Shown in pieces: positions 1-10,403 of a DNA stretch of 64,000 nucleotides (the stretch's first letter is position 1; every line of letters starts with the position of its first letter). Location of the stretch: the NCBI GenBank assembly GCA_965219535.1, contig CBDCNV010000002.1, positions 1,993,305 through 2,057,304 of the forward strand. The letters run 5' to 3'. This DNA comes from Opitutales bacterium. GTDB lineage: Bacteria > Verrucomicrobiota > Verrucomicrobiia > Opitutales > PNEW01. A program made the translations under genes and the position numbers. The notes under the pieces are model-generated. The model did not search any database. It was given only the letters and a program-made list of their open reading frames with translations, and had not been told where the DNA came from.

Positions 1-2
1 CA

Positions 3-131
3 GATAAATTTTCATCCTCTGCGCAAAAGAAAATAGAAGCTGCTGGCGGACAAACCATCACCCCAGATCCCCCAGCGAAGGCTCAGACCAAGGATAAGAG
101 CAAAAAGAATGATTCTGCAGATAGTGATTGA
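3..131 (+). CDS. rplO: 50S ribosomal protein L15, C-terminal fragment (5' end outside window)
   Basis: Frame-3 translation DKFSSSAQKKIEAAGGQTITPD... ends at TGA 129-131. The ...AKxKIEAAGG... motif is typical of the L15 C-terminus. Canonical position directly upstream of secY. Confidence 0.6.
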   Translation, partial: DKFSSSAQKKIEAAGGQTITPDPPAKAQTKDKSKKNDSADSD

Positions 132-148
132 GAAATTAAAATTGCGAC

Positions 149-1651
149 ATGATATCTGCGTTCACTAATTGCCTGAAGATTCCTGAACTTAGGCAGCGAA
201 TTTTATTTTCACTCGGGTTAATCTTTATTGCGCGCATTGGCGCGAATATTCCATTACCCGGACTTAATCCTCTCCCCCTCCAGAGCTTTTTTGCCGATCA
301 AAGCGCAGCGGGAGGTGGCTCACTTGTTGGTCTTTACAATATGTTTACTGGTGGCGCCTTACTGAAGGGCGCTGTTTGCGCTCTCGGTATCATGCCTTAT
401 ATCAGCGCATCCATCATATTCCAGTTAATGGGTGCCGTTGTCCCAACTCTGGCGCGACTTCAGCAGGAAGGAGAGGTGGGTCGTCAAAAATTATCACAGT
501 ATACACGTTATGCCACGGTGTGTATTTGCTTTGTTCAGGGGACATTGTTGATCATGGCTCTGGAAAATCCTCAGCGCTTGTTCAATGGATTTACAACAGA
601 AGAATATGGAAACATAGTTTTGATCGATCACGGATGGTTTCTCTTCACATCTGTCATCCTGCTTACTACTGGTACCGTTCTTCTCATGTGGTTGGGAGAA
701 CAAATCACTCAACGTGGCATAGGCAATGGAATTTCTCTGCTCATTACGGTTGGAATTCTCGCAGATCTTCCTGCCGCTGCTTCGCTCACTTACCGAATGT
801 TCTTCGCTCCAGTCGGTGTTAAAAGTCTGGGTGTACCTGAAGCGATACTCATGATCGCTTTACTTTTTTTCGCGATAGCTGGTATTGTTGCCATTACCCA
901 GGCACAGAGAAAAATACCCGTTCAGTACGCTAAGCGCGTCGTCGGACGCCGTGTTTACGGAGGGCAGAGTTCATTCCTGCCGTTGAAAGTCAATTATTCT
1001 GGGGTCATGCCTATCATCTTTGCCAGTGCGATACTGCTTTTTATCCAGCAGATCGCAAGCTGGGCAGGGGCGGCAAGCGGTTGGCGTTTCATGTCTGATT
1101 TCTCGGGATTCTTTATGTTTGGGACCTGGCCCTATTATTGCACCTATGCAACACTTATTCTTCTTTTCAGCTATTTCTGGGTATCTGTAATGTTTAAACC
1201 AATTCAAATAGCAGACGATTTAAAGAAATCTGGTGGCTATATACCAGGAGTACGTCCGGGTGAACCTACAGCAAAGTTTCTCGATTACGTGATGACGCGT
1301 CTCACGTTGGCGGGTGCGGTATTTTTGACGATAATTGCTGTTTTTCCTGACTTTTTGCTTTATACTTATAAAATTCCCTATCAGGTCGCCCAATTCTTTG
1401 GTGGAACAGGGATGCTCATTATAGTTGGCGTTTTATTAGATTCTCTCAGGCAAATTGAAACTTTTCTCCTGCAACGACATTACGATGGATTTCTTAAAAA
1501 GGGACGAATCCGAGGGCGCAGTGTCGGTCGCACTCGCCAATTGGTTGATACTTCTGAATTAAAAAGCGTTAGTATTTTGTGGATCGCCCTCGGGCTTATG
1601 TTCATTGGGGGAATGATCGCGTGGCTTGCCCAAAAGTACTTGATTAATTAG
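149..1651 (+). CDS. secY: Preprotein translocase subunit SecY
   Basis: 500-aa polytopic membrane protein with SecY signatures (LGIMPYISASIIFQL, RGIGNGISLLI). Position after rplO. Confidence 0.95.
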   Translation: MISAFTNCLKIPELRQRILFSLGLIFIARIGANIPLPGLNPLPLQSFFADQSAAGGGSLVGLYNMFTGGALLKGAVCALGIMPYISASIIFQLMGAVVPTLARLQQEGEVGRQKLSQYTRYATVCICFVQGTLLIMALENPQRLFNGFTTEEYGNIVLIDHGWFLFTSVILLTTGTVLLMWLGEQITQRGIGNGISLLITVGILADLPAAASLTYRMFFAPVGVKSLGVPEAILMIALLFFAIAGIVAITQAQRKIPVQYAKRVVGRRVYGGQSSFLPLKVNYSGVMPIIFASAILLFIQQIASWAGAASGWRFMSDFSGFFMFGTWPYYCTYATLILLFSYFWVSVMFKPIQIADDLKKSGGYIPGVRPGEPTAKFLDYVMTRLTLAGAVFLTIIAVFPDFLLYTYKIPYQVAQFFGGTGMLIIVGVLLDSLRQIETFLLQRHYDGFLKKGRIRGRSVGRTRQLVDTSELKSVSILWIALGLMFIGGMIAWLAQKYLIN

Positions 1652-1838
1652 CAGTTTTATATTGATTTCATAGTGCTAGTATTATTGATTTTCAGCTTCG
1701 ATAAGCTTTATAAATATTTTTGTAGATCAATTAAATTACTAGCTGTTGAAAGCGCTAAGACTTTGTTTGGTATTATAGTTTAACCAGCGCTTTTGGATCA
1801 GATTAAAGCAATATCATCAATTTACAGATGCACCTTTA

Positions 1839-2606
1839 ATGATACCTGTTAAGTGTGAAGAGGAAATCGTTAAGATGCGAGAGGCCTGCCAAATTGCGGC
1901 GCAGGTCCTTGATAAGCTTTGCTCTAAAGTGACGCCTGGAGTCAATACCTATGATATAGACCAGACAGGGAAGGAGTTAATAGCTAGCTTTGGCGCTGAA
2001 AGTGCCTGTTATAACTACCACGTGGGTAAACGTAGTTTTCCCGCCTACACTTGTATCTCAGTAAACGAGGAAATTGTTCATGGGATTGGTTCGATGAAAC
2101 GCGTTTTGAGAGCGGGGGACAATATTACAATCGACGTAGTCGTCATCTATAATGGATTTATCGGTGATAATGCCCGGACCATTCTTATCAAACCAGTTAG
2201 CGAGGAAATGGAACATTTGGTTACTTCAACCGAGGCCGCATTATTTCACGGCATAAAACAAGCCCGATCGGGTAATCGGGTGGGGGACATTTCCCACTCT
2301 GTTCAGAAGTTTATTGAATCGCGTGATTTAGCCATTGTCCGTGATTTCGTAGGACATGGTATCGGTCGCTTAATGCATGAGGATCCTCAGATTCCCAATT
2401 ATGGAAAAAAGGGAACGGGGAGTAAACTGAGATCGGGCATGACGCTCGCAATTGAACCCATGGTAAATCTTGGAAAACCAGAGATCGAAGTTGCGCCCGA
2501 TGGTTGGACAGCGTTGACGCGTGACCGTAAGCCAGCAGCCCATTTTGAACACACGGTATTAATTACCGATAAAGGACCAGAAATATTGACAATTGCTAAA
2601 AATTAG
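1839..2606 (+). CDS. map: Methionine aminopeptidase, type I
   Basis: 255 aa with MetAP metal-ligand context (EEIVHGIG, DVVVIYNGFIGD, VGHGIG, LAIEPM). Usual position after secY. Confidence 0.95.
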   Translation: MIPVKCEEEIVKMREACQIAAQVLDKLCSKVTPGVNTYDIDQTGKELIASFGAESACYNYHVGKRSFPAYTCISVNEEIVHGIGSMKRVLRAGDNITIDVVVIYNGFIGDNARTILIKPVSEEMEHLVTSTEAALFHGIKQARSGNRVGDISHSVQKFIESRDLAIVRDFVGHGIGRLMHEDPQIPNYGKKGTGSKLRSGMTLAIEPMVNLGKPEIEVAPDGWTALTRDRKPAAHFEHTVLITDKGPEILTIAKN

Positions 2607-2681
2607 CTTTTCAATATCCTCTTTTTTATTATTTTAGCCCTCTTATCCCCTATTCATCTTTGTAAAATTTTATAAGTACTT

Positions 2682-3074
2682 ATGCCACGCTTACTTGGAG
2701 TAGACATTCCGGGAAATAAATCACTGCCTTATGCCCTGCGGTATATCTATGGTATTGGCCCCAAGATTGCGGATGATGTAATTGCAGCTGCTGAGATGGA
2801 TGCTGGTCGTCGTGCTCACGAACTCTCAGAAGAAGAAATTAATAAAATTGCGGGAATTATCGCAGATAAAAACCTGAAAGTTGAAGGTGACCTCCGTCGC
2901 GATGTAATGGGTAATTTAAAGCGCCTGCAGGCGATTAACTGTTATCGCGGTATTCGTCATCGGCGTGGATTGCCGGTAAATGGCCAACGCACGCAAAGTA
3001 ATGCTAGGACGCGTAAAGGAAAGCGCAAAACAGTATCCGTCGCGAAAAGAGCAGTTGATACCGAAGCAAAGTAA
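2682..3074 (+). CDS. rpsM: 30S ribosomal protein S13
   Basis: 130 aa. MPRLLGVDIP...YRGIRHRRGLPVNGQRT is a typical S13 sequence. Confidence 0.95.
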   Translation: MPRLLGVDIPGNKSLPYALRYIYGIGPKIADDVIAAAEMDAGRRAHELSEEEINKIAGIIADKNLKVEGDLRRDVMGNLKRLQAINCYRGIRHRRGLPVNGQRTQSNARTRKGKRKTVSVAKRAVDTEAK

Positions 3075-3077
3075 ATC

Positions 3078-3662
3078 ATGAGCGACGAAAAACCAGAAAA
3101 TCAACCGGAGGCCGAGAAGGAGAATACGACACCTGCTCCTGAAGCGTCCGAAAAGCCCGACAAAGCGGAACCTAAAGATCAGAGCGATACTGAAAATAGC
3201 GAAGGCACGGAAAAAAAAGAGTCTGAAGAAGCCAAATCCAAGGCGCCTTCGAGTGAAGATTTGCTGCGCGATGAATTAGCGGATGTTAAGATTCGAAAAG
3301 CTAAAGGTAGTAAAAATATTACCAACGGTATCGTCCATATTCTAGCTACCTTCAATAATACAAAAGTCACTTTCACTGATGAACGAGGCAATGTAATTTC
3401 ATGGTCTAGTGCGGGGAAATGTAATTTTAGAGGATCGCGAAAATCTACTGCTTATGCCGCTCAAATTGTTACTCAGGATGCTGGCCGTACAGCAATATCA
3501 CATGGATTGAAAGAAGTAGCTGTACATGTTAAAGGTCCTGGGTTGGGTAGGGATTCGGCGATCCGCGCACTACAAGCTCTCGGTTTAATTGTTAACTCAA
3601 TAATTGATGTAACTCCGGTTCCCCATAATGGGTGCCGACCACCCAAAAGGCGTCGCGTCTAA
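3078..3662 (+). CDS. rpsK: 30S ribosomal protein S11 with ~70-aa acidic/Lys-rich N-terminal extension
   Basis: The C-terminal ~125 aa is canonical S11 ([18 protein letters not shown]..., [16 protein letters not shown]). The N-terminal E/K/P/S-rich segment has no counterpart in the ~130-aa E. coli-type S11. Confidence 0.9.
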   Translation: MSDEKPENQPEAEKENTTPAPEASEKPDKAEPKDQSDTENSEGTEKKESEEAKSKAPSSEDLLRDELADVKIRKAKGSKNITNGIVHILATFNNTKVTFTDERGNVISWSSAGKCNFRGSRKSTAYAAQIVTQDAGRTAISHGLKEVAVHVKGPGLGRDSAIRALQALGLIVNSIIDVTPVPHNGCRPPKRRRV

Positions 3663-3716
3663 TTCTTCCCTCTCGGCTTTTCGAGAATTTACATCACTTA
3701 ATTAAATTTACATTAT

Positions 3717-4325
3717 ATGGCTCGCTATACAGGTCCCACCACACGCATAAACAGGCGGTTCGGGGAGGCTATATTCCCTCCTAATAAGGCATTTGAAAGA
3801 AAGCCTCATCCACCGGGAATACATGGCCCGCGTATGCGCCGTAAAATTTCGGATTATTCCCTGGCGCTCAAAGAAAAACAGAAACTGCGCTATACCTACG
3901 GTTTAACAGAAAAACAATTTAGGCTCACTTTTGAGCGAGCAAAAAGAAAACGTGGTATTACCGGTGATATTTTTCTGCAAATGTTAGTGACTCGACTTGA
4001 CAATGTGGTCTATCTCCTGGGATTTGCTAAAACGCGTCGTCAATCGCGTCAATTTGTTGGCCATGGACATATTAAAGTTAATGGGCATAAAGTAGATATT
4101 TCAAGTTTTCAAGTTTCCCCCGGTGACGAAATCGAAGTTAAAGCGAGTACTTCTTCGCGGCAACTTGCCACACGCAGCCTTGACGAAACGCGGATGCGCA
4201 CGGCTCCTGCTTGGATGACTTGTCACGAGGATTCATTGCGAGCAGAAGTTAACCGGATGCCTACTCGTGACGAAATCGATCCAGGAATTAACGAGCAGCT
4301 CATTGTCGAGTTTTACAGCCGTTAA
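3717..4325 (+). CDS. rpsD: 30S ribosomal protein S4
   Basis: 202 aa. MARYTGP... start and a C-terminal S4 RNA-binding domain. Alpha-operon order. Confidence 0.95.
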   Translation: MARYTGPTTRINRRFGEAIFPPNKAFERKPHPPGIHGPRMRRKISDYSLALKEKQKLRYTYGLTEKQFRLTFERAKRKRGITGDIFLQMLVTRLDNVVYLLGFAKTRRQSRQFVGHGHIKVNGHKVDISSFQVSPGDEIEVKASTSSRQLATRSLDETRMRTAPAWMTCHEDSLRAEVNRMPTRDEIDPGINEQLIVEFYSR

Positions 4326-4401
4326 TACTTCAGGGTTGGGAACGATTAAGTTCAGAAATTAATTTTTTAAAATAAATATAAACTGGAACTATTGTCAGCA
4401 A

Positions 4402-5403
4402 ATGCCAATTAGATTAGGAAAATTCGAATTACCAAAGCGACTGATCAAGGACGAGGAGTCCGTGACCGATACGTACACGAAGTTCACTGCCGAGCCGTTT
4501 GAAACCGGCTACGGGCACACGATTGGGAACTCACTACGGCGCGTCTTATTGAGTTCAATTGAAGGTGCCGCTATCTCTTCGATCAAGATTGATGGCGTCG
4601 ATCATGAATTTCAGAGTATCGACGGCGTCGTCGAAGACGTAACTGATATCGTTTTAAACCTTAAGAAGGTGCTTATCAATTCGCACAAACAAGAGCCAAT
4701 TAAGCTACTCATAGATGTCAATAAATCGGGAACGGTTACCGCCGCTGATATTCAAGAGGATGCAAATATCGAAATTGTGAATCCCGATCAGATTATTTGT
4801 ACTCTCGATACAACGAAACGTTTTTTGGCTGAACTGGAAATCAAAGTCGGGCGCGGTTATTGTCCGGGTGAAGATAATAAAGAACCGGATCAGCCGATTG
4901 GTGTAATCGCTATCGATTCCCTCTTTAGCCCGGTAAAACTCGTTAAATATTCAGTGGAGAATACACGTGTCGGACAGATGACTGACTTTGATAAGCTTAT
5001 TCTCGAAGTCTGGACTGATGGACGAATTAACCCTGAGGATGCTTTAAAACAGTCAGCTTCGATAATAAAACATCATCTCGACATTTTTGATCGCGTTAGT
5101 GAGGAGAGCATCGAGTTTGAAAGTGAACAGGCGGAAGTGAGTGAAGAGCAGAATAAACTCCGGAAATTACTCAATATGAGTGTCAACGAGATTGAATTAT
5201 CTGTTCGTGCCGCCAATTGCCTGAATAACGCGAATATCACAACAGTAGGTGAACTGGCAATGAAGAGTGAACAGGAAATGCTTAAATATCGCAATTTCGG
5301 TAAAAAATCGCTGAATGAAATTAAAGCTAAACTGGAACAACTCGGGCTCTCTCTCGGTATGAAAATCGATGAGCGTTTGCTGGAAAACCGTAGCGACATG
5401 TAA
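4402..5403 (+). CDS. rpoA: DNA-directed RNA polymerase subunit alpha
   Basis: 333 aa with an alpha NTD (GYGHTIGNSLRRVLLSS) and CTD (ELSVRAANCLNNANITTVGEL). Confidence 0.95.
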   Translation: MPIRLGKFELPKRLIKDEESVTDTYTKFTAEPFETGYGHTIGNSLRRVLLSSIEGAAISSIKIDGVDHEFQSIDGVVEDVTDIVLNLKKVLINSHKQEPIKLLIDVNKSGTVTAADIQEDANIEIVNPDQIICTLDTTKRFLAELEIKVGRGYCPGEDNKEPDQPIGVIAIDSLFSPVKLVKYSVENTRVGQMTDFDKLILEVWTDGRINPEDALKQSASIIKHHLDIFDRVSEESIEFESEQAEVSEEQNKLRKLLNMSVNEIELSVRAANCLNNANITTVGELAMKSEQEMLKYRNFGKKSLNEIKAKLEQLGLSLGMKIDERLLENRSDM

Positions 5404-5431
5404 TTTTCATGATCAATAATAGGTAATATAG

Positions 5432-6136
5432 ATGCGACACCTCAAGCATCGACATACTCTGGGCGTAACGAGTTCTCATCGCCTCGCGATGTTAGCTAAT
5501 ATGGCTTCATCGTTAATTGAACATGGCAGAATCAAGACGACGCTAACAAAAGCCAAAGCGTTGAGGCCCTTTATCGAAAAAATTATAACGCTCGCTAAAA
5601 AAGCACAGAGCGCCCAACCGGAACGCGCGATTTACCTGCGTAAGTTAGCTTATGCCCGTTTGCGTAATCAAATGGCAGTCAGGCTGCTCTTTAATGATAA
5701 AGTAAATGAATTTCTTAATCGACCGGGTGGCTATTCACGCATCTATAAGCTTGGTACTCGTACTGGAGACGCCGCGGAGATGGCACTCATTGAGCTTATT
5801 CAAGCTTCAGATGAGGGATATAAAACTTCCTCACGAAAAGGAAGGACGAAAAAGAAAAAAACATCAGCGACAACAAGTGTCGCTCCCAGCACTCAAGAAA
5901 AAGAAGAACCTGTAACTAAGGAAGCAGAAGCTGAAAAACCAATCGCTGAAGAGAAGAAACCGAAGGTGACTAAGAAAAAATCGGTGACCGATAAAAAATC
6001 GGCTGTGAAAACCACGACGAAAAAATCAGCTAAAGATGACGCTAAGAGTTCTGAAGCGAAAAAAAAGAAAACTAAAACGGTAACCAAGAAAGCAAGTGTT
6101 GCTAAGAAAGCTGCACCGAAGAAAAAGAAAAGCTGA
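5432..6136 (+). CDS. rplQ: 50S ribosomal protein L17 with ~105-aa Lys/Ala/Thr-rich C-terminal tail
   Basis: The first ~128 aa is canonical L17 (MRHLKHRHTLG...GGYSRIYKLGTRTGD). The remainder is a K-rich low-complexity tail ending ...KKAAPKKKKS. Confidence 0.9.
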   Translation: MRHLKHRHTLGVTSSHRLAMLANMASSLIEHGRIKTTLTKAKALRPFIEKIITLAKKAQSAQPERAIYLRKLAYARLRNQMAVRLLFNDKVNEFLNRPGGYSRIYKLGTRTGDAAEMALIELIQASDEGYKTSSRKGRTKKKKTSATTSVAPSTQEKEEPVTKEAEAEKPIAEEKKPKVTKKKSVTDKKSAVKTTTKKSAKDDAKSSEAKKKKTKTVTKKASVAKKAAPKKKKS

Positions 6137-6164
6137 ATCTCGAACATTTATTACCATTTTCTGA

Positions 6165-6197
6165 AACGCGTTCTCTTTGGGACGCGTTAATTATTTT
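6165..6197 (+). terminator. Rho-independent terminator candidate after rplQ
   Basis: 7-bp stem aacgcgt (6165-6171) / acgcgtt (6182-6188), 10-nt loop, followed by aattatttt. Confidence 0.5.
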
Positions 6198-6297
6198 AGA
6201 CATACTCAGAGTAAATTAATTCAAAAGTGATTAATTTACCCACACTATGTTTCAAGTCTTTACAGATAGTCCCTTAACTTAAAAATAAGAAAGCAAG

Positions 6298-6531
6298 GTG
6301 TTTAGCATCGATCTTGAAGTATTTATTCTTATTTACGTGGTCGTTGGATTGGCATTTATTTTAGTCCTATGGCTTTATTATGATCGAAGAGATATTAATC
6401 TTTATGAAGCGAAGCGTACAACGGTGGTATTCCACTGTGTTAAGTGTGGGCAGCTTTACACCGCGTTAAAGGGAAATGAGGTAGCCGGATGCCCCGCTTG
6501 TGACTTCAAGAATTCACGATTGAAATTTTAA
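6298..6531 (+). CDS. Small membrane-anchored zinc-ribbon protein (hypothetical)
   Basis: 77-aa ORF with a GTG start. One N-terminal TM helix, then CxxC...CxxC (HCVKCG...GCPACD). Ends 4 nt before guaA. Confidence 0.4.
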   Translation: MFSIDLEVFILIYVVVGLAFILVLWLYYDRRDINLYEAKRTTVVFHCVKCGQLYTALKGNEVAGCPACDFKNSRLKF

Positions 6532-6535
6532 TTAG

Positions 6536-8074
6536 ATGACACAGGTAGTCGCAGTTCTCGACTTCGGATCACAATATACCCAGGTTATTGCACGGCGAAT
6601 TCGAGAATGTCAGGTCTATTCACGAATTTATCCATATGATACAACCGCTGCGCAGTTAAAAAAAGACGGTGTTCAGGGAATCATCCTGTCGGGCGGGCCG
6701 AGTAGTGTTTTTGCTAAGAACGCACCCATCCCTGATAAAAAAATATTTAATATTGGCATTCCCGTGCTGGGTATATGTTACGGTATCCAGCTGATGGGAT
6801 TTCTGCTTGGCGGTAAAGTTGAAAAGAGTAAACAGCGGGAGTATGGTCATGGACTCCTGGATATTAATAAAAAGGGGAGACTATTACGGGGCCTGAAAAA
6901 ACAGATCCGTGTCTGGAACTCGCATGGGGATAAACTTATGCGTCCACCAGCAGGATTCAATTCGCTTGCTTCTACGGAAAATTCATCCTTTGCGATTATC
7001 GAGGATGCGAAGAGAAATTTTTACGGTCTTCAATTTCACCCTGAAGTATATCATACCGAAGAGGGAATTAAGATTATTCAAAATTTTCTCTACCAGATCT
7101 GTCGCTGCAGTGGAGATTGGTCCATGGCAGATTACGTTATTAGATCGATCGCAGCAATACGAGAAACGGTCGGGGATAAACGTGTCATTTTAGCGTTGAG
7201 TGGCGGTGTCGATTCCTCTGTTGCGGCGGTCCTTATTCACCGAGCTATTGGTTCCCAGTTAACTTGCGTGTTCGTCGATAACGGGCTTCTGCGCCTGAAT
7301 GAACGTGAGACCGTTGAACGCATATTCAAAGAGAACTTTAATTTTGATCTTCGTGTTAAGCGATCTTCTAATCGTTTTTTGAAGCGTTTAAAGGGTATTG
7401 TTGATCCTGAGAGAAAACGTAAAATTATTGGAAAAGTATTTATCGAAGTATTTGAAGAAGCGGTGAAATCTATGGGAGATGTAATGTTCCTCGGACAAGG
7501 AACACTTTATCCCGATGTTATAGAAAGTATTCCGATTGATGGTAATCCTGCCGCTCTAATTAAGACACATCATAATGTTGGTGGACTACCCAAACGAATG
7601 AAACTTAAACTCCTTGAGCCCTTACGAGAATTATTTAAAGACGAAGTGCGTAAACTGGGCGAAGAACTGGGTCTACCCAGGGAAATGGTATGGCGTCAAC
7701 CCTTTCCAGGTCCTGGATTAGGGGTGAGGGTTATGGGTGAGATTACTCGGGCACGTCTTGATGTTTTGCGCCAGGCCGATGCGATTCTTATCGAAGAGAT
7801 GAAAAAAAGTGGATTTTATTATAAGGTATGGCAATCTTTTGCTGTTTTTTTACCTGTTCGTACCGTGGGCGTTATGGGGGATGAGCGAACGTATGAGAAT
7901 GTTATAGCTCTGCGCATTGTTAATAGCATCGATGCGATGACCGCAGATTGGGCGCGCCTGCCTTATCCAGTGATTCAGACTATTTCCACCCGTATCAGCA
8001 ATGAAGTTAAGGGAGTTAACCGCGTAGTCCTTGATATTAGCTCTAAACCTCCAAGCACTATTGAATGGGAGTAA
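6536..8074 (+). CDS. guaA: GMP synthase (glutamine-hydrolysing)
   Basis: 512 aa. GATase domain (GICYGIQL), ATP-PPase P-loop (LSGGVDSSV), C-terminal ...PPSTIEWE. Confidence 0.95.
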   Translation: MTQVVAVLDFGSQYTQVIARRIRECQVYSRIYPYDTTAAQLKKDGVQGIILSGGPSSVFAKNAPIPDKKIFNIGIPVLGICYGIQLMGFLLGGKVEKSKQREYGHGLLDINKKGRLLRGLKKQIRVWNSHGDKLMRPPAGFNSLASTENSSFAIIEDAKRNFYGLQFHPEVYHTEEGIKIIQNFLYQICRCSGDWSMADYVIRSIAAIRETVGDKRVILALSGGVDSSVAAVLIHRAIGSQLTCVFVDNGLLRLNERETVERIFKENFNFDLRVKRSSNRFLKRLKGIVDPERKRKIIGKVFIEVFEEAVKSMGDVMFLGQGTLYPDVIESIPIDGNPAALIKTHHNVGGLPKRMKLKLLEPLRELFKDEVRKLGEELGLPREMVWRQPFPGPGLGVRVMGEITRARLDVLRQADAILIEEMKKSGFYYKVWQSFAVFLPVRTVGVMGDERTYENVIALRIVNSIDAMTADWARLPYPVIQTISTRISNEVKGVNRVVLDISSKPPSTIEWE

Positions 8075-8154
8075 TATTTCCATTTTTGCACTTGAGCAAT
8101 GGATTATAATTTTATCAGAACCAAATACCATCGCAAGGGTCTAATGGGTAATAC

Positions 8155-8913
8155 ATGATGAATGGATTTAATAAATTTAATTTTGCAACGGTTCTCTTTG
8201 TCGTTTCGAGCACAATCGGCATACCCTTGCGAGGTGAACTTACTACAGATCAAATAATAGCCAAGGCTAGAGATTATCTTGGAGGGGATACTCAGTTACG
8301 TGCCGTTGAGACAATTCAATTTCAGGGCACCTTTACGACTCATGAGGGTGAGGGAAAAGGCGAAATTCTCATTTATTTAAAAAAGCCTTTCAAACAGCGA
8401 TTGGATGTCATCCGTGCGCACGATGGTATTGTCGAGACAACGGCAATAAATGATATTGATGGATGGGGTAGACGAGCCAATGAAAAGGATGCCGATGACT
8501 GGACCATACGCATTCTTAGTATGGGTGAACTAAAGCGTATGCGCGCAAATACCTTTGATAATTTAAATTTTTACAGTGGAATCGAGCAATTGGGCGGGAG
8601 TATTATCAATAGAGGAATTGTGAATAAAGACGGGAAAAAAGCCTACTTGCTTCACTTTAAGTACGATAAATCCATTCACTACAAACGTTATTTCGAAGTT
8701 AGCACAGGTAAGCTTCTTGCCACGGTTAATGACAAAGGTATCGAGATCAAAGATATTGATGAATTAATTGTTGATGGAATCCGATTCCCACGAGAACAGA
8801 TCCGTATTGAAAATGGTAAAATGAAAGACACGTTAACTTTTACCAAGATTGTTATTAATGTCCCATTGGATGATAAAATATTCGAATTACCGTCATTAAG
8901 GTTCGGTAAATAA
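8155..8913 (+). CDS. Hypothetical exported protein (possibly LolA-like fold)
   Basis: 252 aa with an N-terminal hydrophobic signal-like segment. No confident family match from memory. Confidence 0.45.
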   Translation: MMNGFNKFNFATVLFVVSSTIGIPLRGELTTDQIIAKARDYLGGDTQLRAVETIQFQGTFTTHEGEGKGEILIYLKKPFKQRLDVIRAHDGIVETTAINDIDGWGRRANEKDADDWTIRILSMGELKRMRANTFDNLNFYSGIEQLGGSIINRGIVNKDGKKAYLLHFKYDKSIHYKRYFEVSTGKLLATVNDKGIEIKDIDELIVDGIRFPREQIRIENGKMKDTLTFTKIVINVPLDDKIFELPSLRFGK

Positions 8914-9021
8914 ATATACACTCTCCTACCATGAATGGCATAAGCCTCGATTAACTGACGACCATTCAAGTAAAAATAAGGTTTGCCCGCGTAGAGGCCA
9001 AACGATTAAACATCAAGGCCA

Positions 9022-10317
9022 ATGCGTCAGTTAAATTATAGTGCACCGGGCTTTTATCTTAAACTAGCCCGATTCTGTGAAAGGGTAAATGCGGTTCCCG
9101 ATGTGAAAGGGGCAGTCGCAAAAATTCTTAGAGCGGTAAATGAACAAGGTGATAAAGCAATTATTGACTATACTGCTAAGTTTGATCGTGCGAAATTAAA
9201 AAAGACCCAACTTAGAGTCACGAGAGACGAACTGAATTCAGCTGCCAAAACACTTAGTACGGATCAGCGTAAGGCAATTAAAAATGCGATTCACTGTGTT
9301 AAGGAATTTCACCAGAAAAGTCTTCCTAAAAACTGGAAGGGGAAAAATCCTCATGGAGGTATTGTTGGCGAAACTTACTACCCGATTAATCGTGTGGGTA
9401 TATATATTCCAGGGGGCATCGTGCCTCTCGTATCGACGGTTATCATGACCACGACACTTGCGCGCCTTGCCCGGGTTCCAGAGATAGCAGTCTTTACGCC
9501 ACCTCAATCGGACGGCAATGTTAATAGTGGAGTCCTTGCAGCATTAGCGATCAATGGGATCGAGGAGGTCTATCGTATTGGCGGGGTAATGGCTGTCGGT
9601 GCGATGGCTTATGGCACTGCAACCATTCCCGCAGTGGACAAAATATATGGACCCGGTAATGCCTATGTCTTTGAAGCGAAAAAACAGGTATATGGAATCG
9701 TAGGCTTGGATTTATTACCTGGTCCCAGTGAGCTTATGATTATTGCCGATAGTACTGCCCGCGCAGATTATATTGCCGCAGATTTGCTTGCACAGGCGGA
9801 ACACGGTACCGGAATGGAAAATATATGTTTAATCACAAACAGGAAAAAATTAATTGATGAAGTGCGTGCAGAAATTAAGACCCAGTTACGAGATCTTAAT
9901 CACAAAGAGTGTATTGAGACGGTGTTAAGAGATGGAACTCTATCAATTTTGGTCAACAATCTTGATCAGGCAGTTGAAATTGCAAATTACGTTGCACCGG
10001 AACACCTTGAGCTTCATATCGGCAACAGGTATTTAAATTCATTAACAAAGAAAATTAAAAATGCTGGAGCAATATTTATAGGTGACTACACACCGACGGT
10101 TCTGGGTGATTTTGCAGCCGGACCGAGCCACGTATTACCCACCGGGCGCACAGCACGGTTTATGAGTGGTCTCAGAGTAACTGATTTTTACCGGCGCAGT
10201 AGTATCACCCAATATTCACCAAAAAGTTTAGTAGATGCCCTTCCGGTTGTAGAAGCATTCAGTAAACTTGAGCAACTTGACGCTCATGGACGATCTATGC
10301 AAATCCGATTTAAGTAA
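9022..10317 (+). CDS. hisD: Histidinol dehydrogenase
   Basis: 431 aa. Typical HisD blocks (IYIPGG, GPGNAYV, AGPSE, QAEHG, YVAPEHLEL). Confidence 0.95.
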   Translation: MRQLNYSAPGFYLKLARFCERVNAVPDVKGAVAKILRAVNEQGDKAIIDYTAKFDRAKLKKTQLRVTRDELNSAAKTLSTDQRKAIKNAIHCVKEFHQKSLPKNWKGKNPHGGIVGETYYPINRVGIYIPGGIVPLVSTVIMTTTLARLARVPEIAVFTPPQSDGNVNSGVLAALAINGIEEVYRIGGVMAVGAMAYGTATIPAVDKIYGPGNAYVFEAKKQVYGIVGLDLLPGPSELMIIADSTARADYIAADLLAQAEHGTGMENICLITNRKKLIDEVRAEIKTQLRDLNHKECIETVLRDGTLSILVNNLDQAVEIANYVAPEHLELHIGNRYLNSLTKKIKNAGAIFIGDYTPTVLGDFAAGPSHVLPTGRTARFMSGLRVTDFYRRSSITQYSPKSLVDALPVVEAFSKLEQLDAHGRSMQIRFK

Positions 10318-10403
10318 ATTGAATGCAGAGTGTTCCTATTAGGTACTTCCTTTAGGATGCTTGGTAGATTGCAGCGAATATATTTTTCTAAGAATTACCT
10401 TTT

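Noticed and set aside
376-822. Many 60-190-aa ORFs overlap or lie antisense to well-supported genes. Examples are 376-822 in secY, 5893-6147 antisense to the rplQ tail, 12925-13503 antisense to the IS1595 transposase, 17986-18429 antisense to the NtrC-like gene, 46281-46649 antisense to dnaA, and 63669-63977 antisense to the ATPase.
   Set aside because: Each lies inside a gene with strong family signatures in another frame or strand. Their sequences are low-complexity or compositionally odd. They are typical shadow ORFs.
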